DNA of 64,000 nt from positions 64,358,001 through 64,422,000 of the forward strand of contig NC_045696.1 of the NCBI RefSeq assembly GCF_009834535.1, given 5' to 3'. The first letter of the stretch is position 1. Each line of letters begins with the position of its first letter. Below, in pieces: positions 24,944 through 37,861 of this stretch. Under the pieces are notes generated by a model. That model ran no database searches. It was not told the origin of the DNA and saw nothing but the letters and a program-made list of their open reading frames with translations. The position numbers and the translations under genes were made by a program. This DNA comes from Camelus ferus. Taxonomy: Eukaryota.

Positions 24944-25212
24944 AATAAGGTATGAAATGAAATATTTTTCATGGTACTGTTAAAATCGGCAAAGGCCATC
25001 TCTGCAATTGTAAGTAACTCGCTCAAAACATTTTATGTAACAGCTGACTATCTCAAAAATTTTTAATGTATAGGAAAATATATCACATTTATTAAAAAGA
25101 GAATTATGATGAACTCAGCTTTGTCTTCAGGGATTTGGGTCTTACCAGAATTTGATGATTTTTTTTTCCTCCCAAGAAAAAAAATTTAATAATATATAAC
25201 TGAGCATCTTTT

Positions 25213-25518
25213 TTTCTTTTTGAAGTATAGTCAGTTTACAATGTGTCAATTTCTGGTGTAAACAACATAACGTTACAGTCATAAATATACATAAATATAT
25301 TTGTTTTCATATTTGTTTTCATTATAGGTTACTACAAGATATTAAATAGAGTTCCCTGTGCTATACAGAAGAATCTTGCTGTTTATCTATATATTGTAGT
25401 TAGCATCTACAAATCCCAAACTCCCAATTTATCCCTTCCCATTCCCTCCCCACCCGCTCCAGGCGACCATAAGATTGTCTACTATGTCTGTGAGTCTGTT
25501 TCTGTTTTGTAGATGAGT
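25213..25518 (-). mobile_element. 5'-truncated camelid-type L1 3' end
   Basis: Same family as the 22553 copy; TSD TAACTGAGCATCTTTT (25197-25212) / TAATTGAGCATCTTTT (25519-25534). Confidence 0.92.
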
Positions 25519-25584
25519 TAATTGAGCATCTTTTAAAAACACATCCAAGTGCCATAGCAGAGTATAAATATGCTAAATAATAAT

Positions 25585-25830
25585 TAACACTACTGTTTGT
25601 TATATATGAAAGTTGTTAAGAGAATAAATTCTGAGTTCTCATCAAATTTTTTTCTATTTCTTTAATTTTGTATCTATATGAGACAATGGATGTTCACTAA
25701 ACTTACTGTGATTTCACACCGTATTCACATCATTTCATGATGGATGTAAGTGAAATCATTATGTCATACACCTTAAACTTATACAGTGCTATATGTCAGT
25801 TACATTTCAATAAAACTGTAAGGGAAAAAA
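25585..25830 (+). mobile_element. Older L1 (L1MA-like) 3' terminus
   Basis: TGAAAGTTGTTAAGAG...TTCTCATCA...ACACCTTAAACTTATACAGTG...TCAATAAAACTG followed by an A run. Confidence 0.8.
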
Positions 25831-27559
25831 CATGAAAGCAACTGGAGAGTGAACTTCCTGCCATCTCCCAAGTTAAAACATCTAGCCTTCCAGTTTGGGA
25901 CATGATATTCCAAGTTAGTATGTGACGGAAATGTTGAAAACAGCATTCAGTGAAATTTCTCTCCACCTTGCTGTGGTCTTCACTGATCCTAATATCTGTA
26001 ATTATCTGACAGAGTCAACAAGCACTCACTCCTATTTCTGATGACCTATAGTTGTAAATTAGGATATTCTATTTTTGTTTCATTAAAAAATGAAGACTAG
26101 AAACCAAGTAGATGTGAAACGTGACCAACAGCTCCAGGTATATTTATCATAGAGCCAGAAATCTGTGTACCGATATTTTGGTAAAAGACAGGAAACCATA
26201 TTGTCCATTATACCAATATGAAACAATAATCATTAAGTTTTCATTATTATACATTATGTAATGTATACCTTATTTAAAAGATGTTTATAGACTGCTGTGT
26301 ATGCACTGAAACCCATAAAAAGCTTGTGATGTGAAGATGAAAAAGACACAGCTTCATTCTACTTTTAAGTCTGGGTAAACAAAATCACAAAGAATTACAC
26401 TGACATTTGGAATAAAACACTCTTGGTAGTAAAGCAGGTGACTTTGCCCTCTGCCTGCAGGTTCCTGGGAAACCTTTTCAGAGAGAGTGGGAAAGATGGG
26501 GAGAGGGTTGTCGGAGGTCAGGTTTCAAGGATCCTGAATTTCTCGCCATTTCCCTTTCTCCATCATAATTTCTTAGAAAAATTTTAAATTTTGTTTATAA
26601 ATATCAGTAATTTTTTAAAAAATTGTTGCACAATGGGAAATTTTTGTAACATTTATGCTAGCTAAATTAAAATTTTTTTGCTCTTATGTTTTAATATCTA
26701 ATGTTGTTGCTTATTGCAGTTCAAATAATGACAATGCTTCCTACTCTCATTGTCTATTGGAGTTTGGAATTTCATAATCATGCAGTTAAACTCCCACAAT
26801 GGTAATAATTGTTATGCATCTGTATATTCCTATGCAGAACATTTTTATTGCATGTGCCTTCATTTCAGTAATGCAAGGGTAAGCATTTGTTTCCAATACA
26901 ATTGCAAGCTGTTCTTAATGTAAACATCAGTATTCCATCAACCCTACACACCCACGAGCAGCGGCACTTCAGTAAGCATCAGCATTCTTATCTCTGTTCC
27001 TCCAGGGAATACATTTTCTCTTTGGTAATTTTCTCTGTATTTTTAGGATTAAATGTATGCTTCTCTCACATTGGAGTGAGGAGGGGCATGCTCATTTGTC
27101 ATTAAGCAGGCAGTCTCTTCTAACGCTTAAAAAAAAGAGAGAGAGAGAAAGAAAAGACCTTGTTGTCCAATTCAACTTCTTCCAAGAATTTTTCTAACAT
27201 TTTGGACCAACCAATGAGGGACCATTTCATCTTTGTCCATGGTAGCACATTCCAGGCTGCACTCCTTTTAGGTGATGGAATTGTAGAGAAGAAAGGTACT
27301 TGACCAATCTAGTTCTTGGTCCTACCACTACTCTGGTACCTATGGCATCATGATTTCTATGGTATCTATGGTATCTGTCAGCATTAAGGCGTTAATTTCT
27401 AGAATAGGATAAGAATCAAAGGATTGTCCAGGGCAGGCAGTAGCAGGTAAGGTAGAACCACTTGCTTTCTTTTATTTTTTCTGTTTTAAGCATTTGAGCC
27501 CAATGCCCTTTACCAGAAAACCATGCTACTAACACTATCACTCCCTAATAGTAATTCGT

Positions 27560-27790
27560 AATAATAAGTATAATTTAATAAGTGCATACCATATGCAAAC
27601 AACCGTGCTAATTACTTTACCTATATTACTTCATCTAAAACAGTCATAACCCCTATGTAGTAGGGGTTACCTCCTCTAATGTTCTGATAGGTTCATCGAG
27701 GAAAGAGTTAAGTAGCTTGCCTGAGGTAACGTGGCAACTAAACATGGAATGTCATCCCAACAGGGGGCTTTGAGACTGCAAAGCTTTAAC
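27560..27790 (-). mobile_element. MIR SINE
   Basis: Antisense MIR: ACCATATGC...GTGCTAA...GAGTTAAGTAGCTTGCCTGAGGTAAC. Confidence 0.6.
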
Positions 27791-29019
27791 AAATGTAATG
27801 TGATAAACCAGTTTCCTAAGCCTTCATATTAATTGTTCTACAAAAAATTTTTGAGTCCTTCAAGAGGAAAAGCTATACAGTTTCCTTCAATCAACATTAA
27901 ATTAAGTGAGTTATTTTATTAGGCTCTCTAGGGGATGCCTATGTAAGACATGGATCCTTTCCTCAAAGAACTTGGGATGCAGAAGTAGAGAATACACACA
28001 AACAGAAATAATCGTAACAGCAAAAAATAGTAAGCGTCACAAAAGAAGTACAGGCAAGGTTTGTTTGGTAGAGGACTAACTTGCAGCTAGGGAGATCAGA
28101 GAATCTTTATAATGCTGGCCAGATATAGCCTGACATAAAAATGCAAAGTGGAGACACAGACTGACAGGCAAACGCGGATACCCCACACAGCCACACATTT
28201 TAGAAGGTTCCTCCAGCCTCCCTTATACTCAGGGCTGGCAGATGCTGTGTGTCTTTGAGCAAATTATATTCTCTCTCTGACTCTGTCTCCTTATCTGTAA
28301 GTTGAAGCGGATGGCCCATAGGGCCAACACAAGGCCACATTCTATGGCCTTATATCCAGACCCTGATTGGATTTTTTGCCAAATGGAGAAGCCATCCAGG
28401 GGAGGGAGGAGAGATCTGTTATACATCCCTGAGCAACTATTGCAGAGGGAGGTAAGGCGGATTTCGTAGAGCTGGGAGAAGATGGAAGCTCTTCTACAAG
28501 CCCAAAGAAAGGCCTGGCTCTGAGAAGAAACTGCCTAGAGCCATGAGACGATAATGCTGATTATCCTGTCCCCACTCTTTGGGGAACTGTACTCTTGTCT
28601 TTCTTTCCCTTATATGGTTTACATGGTGAAAGGAGTGATCGGCTGGTCTTTGAATTCAGGCTGAGCTTGGAGCTGGTTGGTTGGCCACCTGGACCCTGAT
28701 GACCTCTACCCATTAGATTTCCAGGGGGAACTGGCACAGTGCTAAAATTCAAGAAATATAGATGAAGCACCAAGCACAACATTGGTGTGTAGTAGGCATC
28801 CAGTGAACATCGACTGGAAATCAGGAAAGATGTGCTTGAAACAAGCCAAGGGCATTTTCCAAATGATCTATCACCTCTTTTTCTGGTGATAACAATTCAA
28901 GGGACTTGCTAGAGACTTGAGAGTTTCCCTCCCATCAGCCACTCTCTTCACATATTATTGGCAAAAAGCTACTCTATGATTTCCAAAGGGAAACTATACT
29001 ATAAAAATAGACATTGAAT

Positions 29020-29510
29020 CAATGGACAATTAAGCATCCATTAATAAAAATATGCAGACTATGTTCTTAGGAAAGTGCAAATGAAATAACATTAAGTGGA
29101 AAAGTCAAATAAAAATTATTATCTACACTCTATAATTACGATAATGGTCACATGTGGAAAGATTTAAAACAGGCCAAGGAATGATGAAAATAGTTGTTTA
29201 AGCAAAAAGGATAAAGATATAATTCCTTGTGAAACTGACTTAATAATAAATTCTTTTTAATGAAAATATCATTGTACTTTTTCTTATTGTTGTTAAAAAC
29301 CCAAACCATGCAGAGAATGTAAAAATCTCTGTATAATCTCACCCCCTAGGGGGTAACCATTTTTAGCAGACTGCTGGAATACTTTCAGATTTGTAATGCA
29401 TATATAAGCATACTTACACATATTTCTCTATAAAAAGAACCACACTCTACATTCTGTTTTCTTTATTTTTTATTTTTAATATCAATAGTTTTTTGATAGT
29501 AAAATAGTAT
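29020..29510. mobile_element. Old L1ME-like fragments in opposite orientations
   Basis: ATTAAGTGGAAAAGTCAAAT (sense) followed by CACCCCTAGGGGTAACCATT...CACACTCTACATTCTGTTTT (antisense). Confidence 0.45.
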
Positions 29511-30459
29511 ATTTATAAAATCTTCAAGCAATAAAGAATAATCCATTTAGATACAAATAAACACAAGTGATGAGGTATAGTCTTTTCCTCAATTGCCATC
29601 AAGATTCCAAGCCCACATTCCCTAAATGCAGCAGCCTCATAACAAGGCTGCGTCTCGGGAGAGAGGGCAGTAGAGGAATTCTGATGGTGTGGGGAAGGGG
29701 AGCAGGACGTCAGCCCCATCTGTCATTTTGTGTCTGATCTGTAAGACCAGGCTCTGTGGACTCCTCCATCAATGAGGAGGGAAGAAGTTGCCTCTTTTGT
29801 TACTTAGGCAGATGGGGAGCCCAGGGTGTCCCCTTAGTGAGCCACAAAGAGGTGACTGGCGAAGAGCTGCCGTGTATGTGCCGCGGCCCCACAGGCTCGA
29901 CTTTGATTTTCTGCATCTACGCCTACTTTCCAAGGAGACCTGCGATCCATATGCTCCAGGTCTCGCGTCTGAGTGCCTTCTCTCCCAAAGGATGCTTCTC
30001 AGCTCACAGAGGTTATTGGTCATTATCCTCATGTCATTCTAGCTAATAGGATGGAGGTTTTCCCCAGGTCACATGGCAAAGTTGCTCCATCTTTGAACCA
30101 GGCAGGCCGGAAAAATGCTATCTTCTCCTGCTCTGTGACTACAGGAGTCATGATGTCATGTGAGGTTATGCAGCTCAGCTCGTGGCATTTCCTTGGAGGG
30201 CAGAATCACAGGAACGGAGGCCCAGAAGTTAGTCTTTAGGTGGAACAGCCTGACGGAAGCCTCCTAGATACACTGGCATTGCTCTTTTTAACATAGGCCC
30301 CATGGGTTTGGGAACCTATGAATGCCAACTGCTATAGCATTTGCTTTTTTTTTTTTTTTTTTTTTTTGAGGTGAGAATCTAATGCATGCATCAGATCCTA
30401 AAAGTGATTTGTGACGCCCTGAAATGTAAAAACCTCTTTTATTATATACATCATAGACC

Positions 30460-30912
30460 TGCCATGCCAGACGCTGTTGGTGCTCTGGCCAGACTCCCTC
30501 AGATTCTTTTCACTGTTTCAGCACACTCTTCCCCCAATTCCATTGTGCTTTTGCTTCTAAAGGCTCACACCTGTGACTCTTTTCAGATGTGCTTTGCTTA
30601 CTCATGCAGCAGGCTGGGTATCTGGAGTCTCCACCCCCCTGGGAAGGTCCTCGGCCAATAACAGACTGGAGAAGAAGTATGGAAGCCAGCTCCCCTGCCT
30701 CCAGTGGACAGTCTGATGTGGGTTACACTCCAGTGCATCTGTGGACTCAGGCTGGACTTGGACGCGGCCAGAAATTGCTTGACTTCTTCCCCTGCCACAT
30801 CTGATTTCCCTCACCACCTTACTAGGATCTCTGGGGATCATCTTCTTAATAATTCACGTACACATAGTCCTGGTCTCAAGGTCCCTTTCCAGGGAACCCC
30901 CCCCCCAAGACA
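30460..30912 (+). mobile_element. ERVL solo LTR, LTR16 family
   Basis: GCTGTTGGTGCTCTGGCCAGACTCCC start; GCCAATAACAGAC; end CTTAATAATTCAC...GTCTCAAGGTC...AGGGAACCC...AAGACA, typical of LTR16. Confidence 0.7.
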
Positions 30913-31189
30913 ACTGCATAAGAATGCCAGCAGGATGGGGTCAACAGTCTCTTTGCCCCAAACCCCTTAAAAACCACTGCCTAGAAGTGAGATGGGTTGC
31001 CAATGACAAGCTGGAAGCATAGCAAGAGACAAAGAAAGACTATGAAGCAGGTGGATGGGTGTGGAAGTAGGACAGAGAAAAAAGAGAAAGAAGAATGTTT
31101 GGTAAGAAATAATCAGAGAATCACTCATGTATTATTCACTTGGTATCATATTACCCTGGGAAAGTTTTTAAATAAGAATGAAAGGGTCT

Positions 31190-31385
31190 AGCTTCTTGCT
31201 TGGACTTCATAAATTATTAGCTGTTTGGCCTCAGACAAGTCATTCAAATTCTCTGAGTTCCAGTTTTCTTACTGTAAATCGAGGCTCATAACACCTAATG
31301 CATAGGATTATTGGAAGGCCCCAATAAAACAGTGGAAGTGGAAACACCTTAAAGTTATAACGCATAATGAACTGCTGTCTTTACT
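31190..31385 (+). mobile_element. MIR SINE
   Basis: TTAGCTGTTTGGCCTCAGACAAGTCATTCAAATTCTCTGAGTTCCAGTTTTCTTACTGTAAA core. Confidence 0.65.
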
Positions 31386-31858
31386 AAGCATTTTTTGAGT
31401 CTTATGATTTGGACTACATCAGTACTTAATTATAAAAAGTATTTAAGATATGATACCAGCATATAAGAGGTTTTAACTGAGCTAAAGAAACAAACACAAA
31501 ACTAGAAGGTAAAGTCCAACCACTCAACTAACACACTTACTTACAGGTTTCCTTCCAGGTAGCATTTGGCCCATGCTTAAGCACCTCCGTAGTCGAAGTC
31601 CTCACTACCTTCTAAGGTAGCCTGTTCCATATCAACAAATGGAATGACTGAAATACAGGACTGACATGATTGGTCATTTTTTTTTTCAAAACACCCCAAA
31701 AGAATTAGCCTACTCCCTCGGTATAGCGCTGGCAGTCAGAAAACTTTTAGTTTCTATTTGCAAATGTGTCCCTAAGTTGCTAGGTGAAATTGCGCAAGTC
31801 AGTTCTTCTAATTTTACCTCTGTTTTCTCATCTTAAAAATGATAAAGGTGGACTAGAT

Positions 31859-32040
31859 CACTGATTTTCAAACCTGGATAATCATTGCAGTCACCTAGGG
31901 AACTTGTTAAAACCATGCCAAACCTCCTGAATCAGAATCTTTGAGAACTGGGCCCAGGAATTCGATTATTAACAATCTTTCAAGTGATCTTATGAAGCCA
32001 GCCTGGACCTGTGCAGGTGGAAGCATTTGGGAACCAACGG
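31859..32040 (-). mobile_element. MER5-family MITE
   Basis: TTTTCAAACCTGG...CACCTAGGGAACTTGTTAAAA...CTGAATCAGAATCT...GGGCCCAGGAAT...TTTGGGAACCA. Confidence 0.7.
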
Positions 32041-32893
32041 GCAAGACGCTCTCTGCGGTCTGCTCTAGCTCGCAAAATCTGATTTTAGAACTTTGTTTTG
32101 TGATTCTTATGTTTGTAATAAGATAAATAGTCATATAAATGTAAACTTTTTGTCAGAATATGCCAGCCTAGATTTTAAAAGGGGTTGGGGGTTGAGGGGC
32201 TATCACTAACTATGTAAGTTTGGTTTCTCTAACTCTACCCCTCCTGCTATTTCAGATGCTCCCATTCCCCCTCTTTCCTGGTATTTTGTGGGTTCACTAA
32301 GGCATACCTTCATAAACACCCCATTTCATTCGTGGTGTTTTTCTGCTCTTCTCAGATTCTGGCTCTGACCTGCGCTCCTCTTCCCTGAACTGACACGTGT
32401 GTCATCTCTGAAACCCGAAGATTCCTCCAAAAGCTCTCATGGTGCTGCTGTTCCCGCAATGTCCTGCTGATGGCAATTACACCGTGCTGTGCCGGAGGTG
32501 CCACCGTGAGTCAGAGCCACCAAGTCTGCTGAGATGCCGATGGGAAGGACCAGAGGCATCACGAAATCGCAAGTAGGTCAAATGGGCTTCCTCTCGTATG
32601 TTAATTCAGACCAACTGCTGTTGAGAATTCTGAGTCTGCACCAGGATTGGTGGAAATACCATGACCAATTAATTATGTCTGTTATGGGTACAAGAATGAA
32701 AAATGACGGTATGCCAAGGATTTACCATCCAATCCAAATCCCCTCTTTTATTTTCAGCTGTTTGGTTTCACAGATGAGAACACTGAAGCCCGGGGACAGA
32801 CTTATCCAAATTTCCACAAGTATGGCAGAGACTCCGGTTCTCCCAGGATGCAGGCAGCTGGCCAAGGTCCAGGACTTGAAGCTTGTGAGATCC

Positions 32894-32896
<3 letters not shown>

Positions 32897-32927
<31 letters not shown>
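32897..32927. repeat. (TG)n microsatellite
   Basis: About 15 perfect TG units. Confidence 0.97.
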
Positions 32928-32929
<2 letters not shown>

Positions 32930-34449
32930 GTCCCTTTAAGAACCCAGGCTATAGTCCACACTGAAATGCATGCCTCTCAGGCACAGTCTGTGTAGGCTTT
33001 CCAGATGTGTATCTATCCTTAAAAAAAAAAATCTCTGTAAGGATTTGTCCAGCAGCATCATCCTAAAACAACTACTTACTGCATTTTCTAACAGTTGCTA
33101 TTTCCCCTCTGTTAAAGGGTCAGGTCTAAAATAATGCTTCCTTTGCAGAAAGCCTGTGAGCCGGGCAGATGAGATAACTCAGGGGATTTGCAGCCGACGG
33201 TGGAGACTTTAACCCCCAGGTCACTCTTTCATCTCTCACGCAGATTAGGCCTGACAGCTGTTCGGGAGCCTCCTCCTAAGGGAATGCCCAGCTGCTCGGC
33301 TCCAGACAGTCAGCTCCGAGTCATGGGACCTTTTTGAAAGTCTTGAAATACATTTTGGCATTCCTGTTACTCCAGTTGTCTGTCGTACCACATAGCAACA
33401 GAGATCCACGACGCCTGGATGAAGTTCAGTTGGCGCAGAGCGAGGGGGCACTGACCCCTAAAACAGGTGCTTGTGTCTGACCCCATGGCTCTGTCCACGG
33501 GCCACGTGCTAAAAAGGATTTTCACCACATACCATCCTGGTTCCGTGGTAGGTGCTCAAAAAACATCACTTCTTGAGTCGAAGAAGAGGTTCTCGGCCAC
33601 ACTCAGCAGAGCTCCTTACTCCCCAACCGCCCCACTTCCCAGAGTGATACCCAGCCCAGATGCTCTACATCTTATGGGTTAAAGTTGTTCAACATCTTGA
33701 CTGAGTTCAGTTCACTCAGAAATACAACATAGGGTTCACCTCAGACTATTACGTTTACGTGGTGATTACTGTGATTGTTGATTTTGTCGTAGGGATGGAA
33801 ACTCAAGGGGAAAAGAATGTATTATAAATGGGAGTTTTAATATTATTGACCTAGAGTGATAATTCATATCTTTTTAAATTAAAGGCCACCATGTATTTGG
33901 AAACCCCTTCACCCATAGCTGGGGTCATGCTTTAGTATTCATGGAACAGCAAGCTATTTATATACTTAACAGATCTCTGGAATGTGTGCCATAACCCTTG
34001 ATCTCTCCAATTTTTCATCCACCTCCTCCAAGTTTCTCACAGACCAGGAGCCTCTGACCCTTAGGATTTGTGTGCACGTGCGTTCTGATAGGTAACAGTC
34101 TCTGTTCCTACAAGTATGCTGTATTTTCATTAATGTACAACAATCATAGGATGACAGTGTAGATAAAAGCAAGTCAGTGACCATTTTCAACATGTAACTG
34201 TTTCTTTATGTTTAATTACATCCCAAATCTTTCCACAGGAGACTCAGCTCAAATGATCCCTGAGAAATACTTGCTCCCTAACATTGCTGCTGCTGCTGCT
34301 ATTATTATTCCTTCTATTTTTATATGTATTATTAATAAATTGTTGTGGGTTATCATAGAGAACTGTGAGATTTTTCTTTATCAAAGGAAGGTATTTTGGA
34401 GAATTGGGGTACAATGGAGAGATCATTGCATTAATATTCAGAAGATCCA

Positions 34450-34625
34450 CTCAGATTATTAGGCTGAGTATTGGGCCACGTGACTTAACCCCTCTGAGCC
34501 TCACTTTTGTCTATAAATTGAAAAAACATAATGCCTGTTCCTGCCTCCCACAGGAGAGCTGCAGAGCTCAAATACATTAACGCACATGAAGGAACCTGGA
34601 ATCTACGAAAGCTTTGTGTGTGACT
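34450..34625 (+). mobile_element. MIR SINE
   Basis: TTGGGCCACGTGACTTAACCCCTCTGAGCCTCACTTTTGTCTATAAA core. Confidence 0.6.
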
Positions 34626-34879
34626 TATAATACATTTTTCTGATTATAAAAGTATTGGTGGTTTATTATGGAAAACTGCCAAACTGTAATAAAGTATGAA
34701 GTGAATTAACACAACTCACAATCTCAGAATTCTGAAACACCACCTGTTAAAATTTTGACATGTAAACTTTCACGCTGTTTTTTTCTCTGCACAGCATGTG
34801 TGTAAGTGTGTTTTCAAAATTGAAGGCATACTGTAAACATGGTTTTATGATGTACTTTTTTCCGTTTAGATCTCTTGGG

Positions 34880-35202
34880 TGTTATAGACTGAAATGTGTT
34901 CCCTTGAAATTCATATGTTGAAGCCCTAGCCCACAGTGTGATTGTATCTGGAGAAAGATTCTTTAAAGAAGTAATTAGGGTTAAATGAGGTCATAAGGGT
35001 GGAGCCCTAATCCAAGTACGACTGGTGTCCTTTATAAGAAGAGGAAAAGACACCAGGGATGTACACACAGAGAAAAGGCCACATGAGGACACAGCGGGAA
35101 GGCAGCCACCTGCAAGCCAAGGCCAGAACCATGAAAAATAAATACCCGTTTAAGCCAGACAGGCTGTGGTATTTTGCATGGCAGCCCTACCAAGCTAATA
35201 CA
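34880..35202 (+). mobile_element. MaLR solo LTR, MLT1B-like with an internal deletion, nested in old antisense L1
   Basis: TGTTATAGACTGAA...CTAATACA termini; 5-bp TSD TTGGG/CTGGG. Confidence 0.85.
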
Positions 35203-36153
35203 CTGGGCGTGTCCCTATATATTTACATAAAGAATTTGATTTTGAATGACTACAGATTCATCATTTTGATATAATTATGTAATAAAGTCTCTATTTTGGG
35301 ATATTTAAGTCATTTCAAATTTTTTTTATAATAAAGAAAGCTTCTGATACTCTTGCATGTTGATAAATCAGTTTTTAGATGCAAAATGCTCAAAAAAGAC
35401 TGTAGTATAACTTAATGGGAATAAACTATGGAAATTCTTTGCATTATTTTTAAAACTTTTCTTAGTTAAAATTTATTTAAAAAAAATTTTGAAAAGATAC
35501 AGGGAGAGAGAGAAAGCCCATAACAAGGCTAGAATATTTCTAGAATATTTATGAGTATTATTCTACAGCCAATATTATTTGGGCACAAGACCAGACAAGC
35601 CTTCTTAGAGATCGACATTCTGATTGTAAATACATCAGACAGGGATCCTAACATAAATGCTTTGTGTTAACAAGAATTTGAGAATTTGGTACAAAAGTAG
35701 GGGTTGAGGGGAAGAATGCTCTCCAAGAAATAGTCTCTCTAAACAGTGATCGCTCCTGCACAGAGAAGAGCAAATAGAGGCTTGGAGGTGGGATTCCTGT
35801 CTTTGGTGATTTCTCCCTTGATTTTACAAGCAATGACACGGGCATTTGTCACCCTATGTCCCCCAAATTATGAAAGATTTACTGTGCCTCTTATAATCAG
35901 GACAGTGCTTCCTGGGATTTTCTGGAGTTAAGAAAATTAAATTAAAGTCAAATATTTACTAAGCACCTAATGGATGCAAAGTTTTGTCGGATGTTACAGA
36001 AATTAATAAGGATGAATTCCTATCCTCAAGGTGGACAAACTAGTGAGACAGAATAATAGAAAAGAAAACAATGAGCTAGCATAAGAACTGAAGGAATTAA
36101 GCCCACATTGGCAAGAAAAGTACTGAATAAACATTAAAGAGATCAGAGCATCA

Positions 36154-36559
36154 GTTGTTCAACCGCTCTAGTTATTAGAGAAATGCAAATCAAAACAGCA
36201 ATGAGGTAGCACCTCACACCTGTCAGAATGGCCATCATCAAAAAGTCTACAAATAACAAATGTTAGACAGTCTGGAGGAAAGGGAACCCTTGTACACTGT
36301 TGGTAGGAATGTAAATTGGTGCAGCCACTATTGAAAACAGTTTGGAGATTCCTCAAAAAATGAAAACTAGAGCTACCATAGGATCCAACAATTCCACTCC
36401 TGGCTATATATCCAGAAAAAAAGTAAAAACATTAATTTGAAAAGATACATGCAACTCAATCTTCATAGCAGCACTATTTACATAGCCAAGACATGGAAGC
36501 AATCCAAGTGTCCATCAACAGATGATTGGATTAAGAAGAGGTGGTATATATGTATAAAT

Positions 36560-36638
<79 letters not shown>

Positions 36639-37067
36639 GAATATTATTAAGCCATAAAAAGAATGCAATTCTGCCATTTGCAGCAACATAGATGGACATA
36701 GAGAATATTATGCTGGTGAAATAAGTCAACTACTATATGTTATCACTTATATGTGGAATATAAAAAGTAATAATGAATATATATGCAAAACAAAAACAGA
36801 CTGACAGATACAGAAAACAAACTTGTGGTTACCAAAGGGGAGAAGGAAGGAGGGAAGGACAAATTAGGGGTATGGGATTAACAGATACAAATTGCTATGT
36901 GTAAAAAGCAGTAAGGATATACTGCGTAGCACAGGGAAATATAGACATTATCTTGTAATAACTTATAACGGAGTATAATCTTCAAAAATACTGAATCACT
37001 ATTCTGTACACCTTAAGCTATTGTAATACTGTAAATCAACTGTATTCAATATTAAAAATGAAAAAAA
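36154..37067 (+). mobile_element. 5'-truncated L1 (ORF2 C-terminus plus 3' UTR) inserted in an L2 remnant
   Basis: GAAATGCAAATCAAAACA...CACCTCACACCTGTCAGAATGGCCATCATCAAAAAG (ORF2 end, with stops); 18-bp TSD AAAGA(G/C)ATCAGAGCATCA at 36136-36153 / 37068-37085. Confidence 0.95.
36560..36636. repeat. Compound (TA)n(CA)n microsatellite inside L1
   Basis: Direct reading of the sequence. Confidence 0.95.
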
Positions 37068-37624
37068 AAAGACATCAGAGCATCATTGATGAAGGAGATG
37101 TCATTGAAAGATATATAGGGTATTGCTAAGCAGAGTCAGAGGAAAAGTTACTAAAAATACTTAACATTTGAAAAGGAATGTCCAGGGTCATGTAAGAGAG
37201 GCTGCACAGGTTGTGTGATGGGAGATAAACCTTGGTATGGAAACCATGACTATTATAGTATCAGTTGGGGATTACCAGGAGGACAGCAAAAGTTTTTATT
37301 CAGTTTGTATTTGAAGATTACTGACAAAACTCTAAGGGGTAAAAAGAGTAGAAGAAAATACATCTTGCCCTGTTCAAGAGGAGAAAGATGTGCTCCCCAG
37401 TCCACTCCACCAAAACTCAGGTCAGGAGGATGCTGTCTTAGTCTGCAGAGCCAGAAAGTGAGAGTTATGTGTTCATCACGTATTATAAGGCTGTGATACG
37501 AGGTGATCAGACAAAAGAACCCACACATTTCTGCTGAATGCTTGGCAGATATGTTTCATATCTGTCAAGGCATGGAATGATAGTTCGCTCTTCACTTGCA
37601 TTAATACATTATGCATCTTCACTT

Positions 37625-37810
37625 GTGAGGTTTAAGTCAAACCTGCGACTTTCTGAAAGTTACATTCCCCCTCTGAACCTCAATTTTTTTCTCTAATATG
37701 GATAATGATACCTACTTCACAAAGATCTTGTAAGCATTAAGCAAGATAACACATATGAAAGTGTTTGTTAGCTACGAAGTGTAATTCAAATGTTATTGTT
37801 ATTATAATAA
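37625..37810 (+). mobile_element. MIR SINE
   Basis: CTCTGAACCTCAATTTT...GATAATGATACCTACTTCACAAAG...ATTAAGCAAGATAA. Confidence 0.65.
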
Positions 37811-37861
37811 TTCTTTGTTCTTTCAGTGGAAATGACAGAAAAAATACTCTGTACTGTTTTA

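Noticed and set aside
24664..25026. 120-aa minus-strand ORF
   Set aside because: Non-ATG start, no known motif, and it runs through the 58-bp TSD-flanked insert
32534..32995. 153-aa ORF
   Set aside because: Crosses a MIR-like remnant and a (TG)n microsatellite; no domain similarity
35529..35550. 11-bp tandem duplication CTAGAATATTT x2
   Set aside because: Ordinary slippage product with no further structure
36168..36691. ORFs 36168-36356 and 36437-36691
   Set aside because: Lie inside a truncated L1 and its microsatellite
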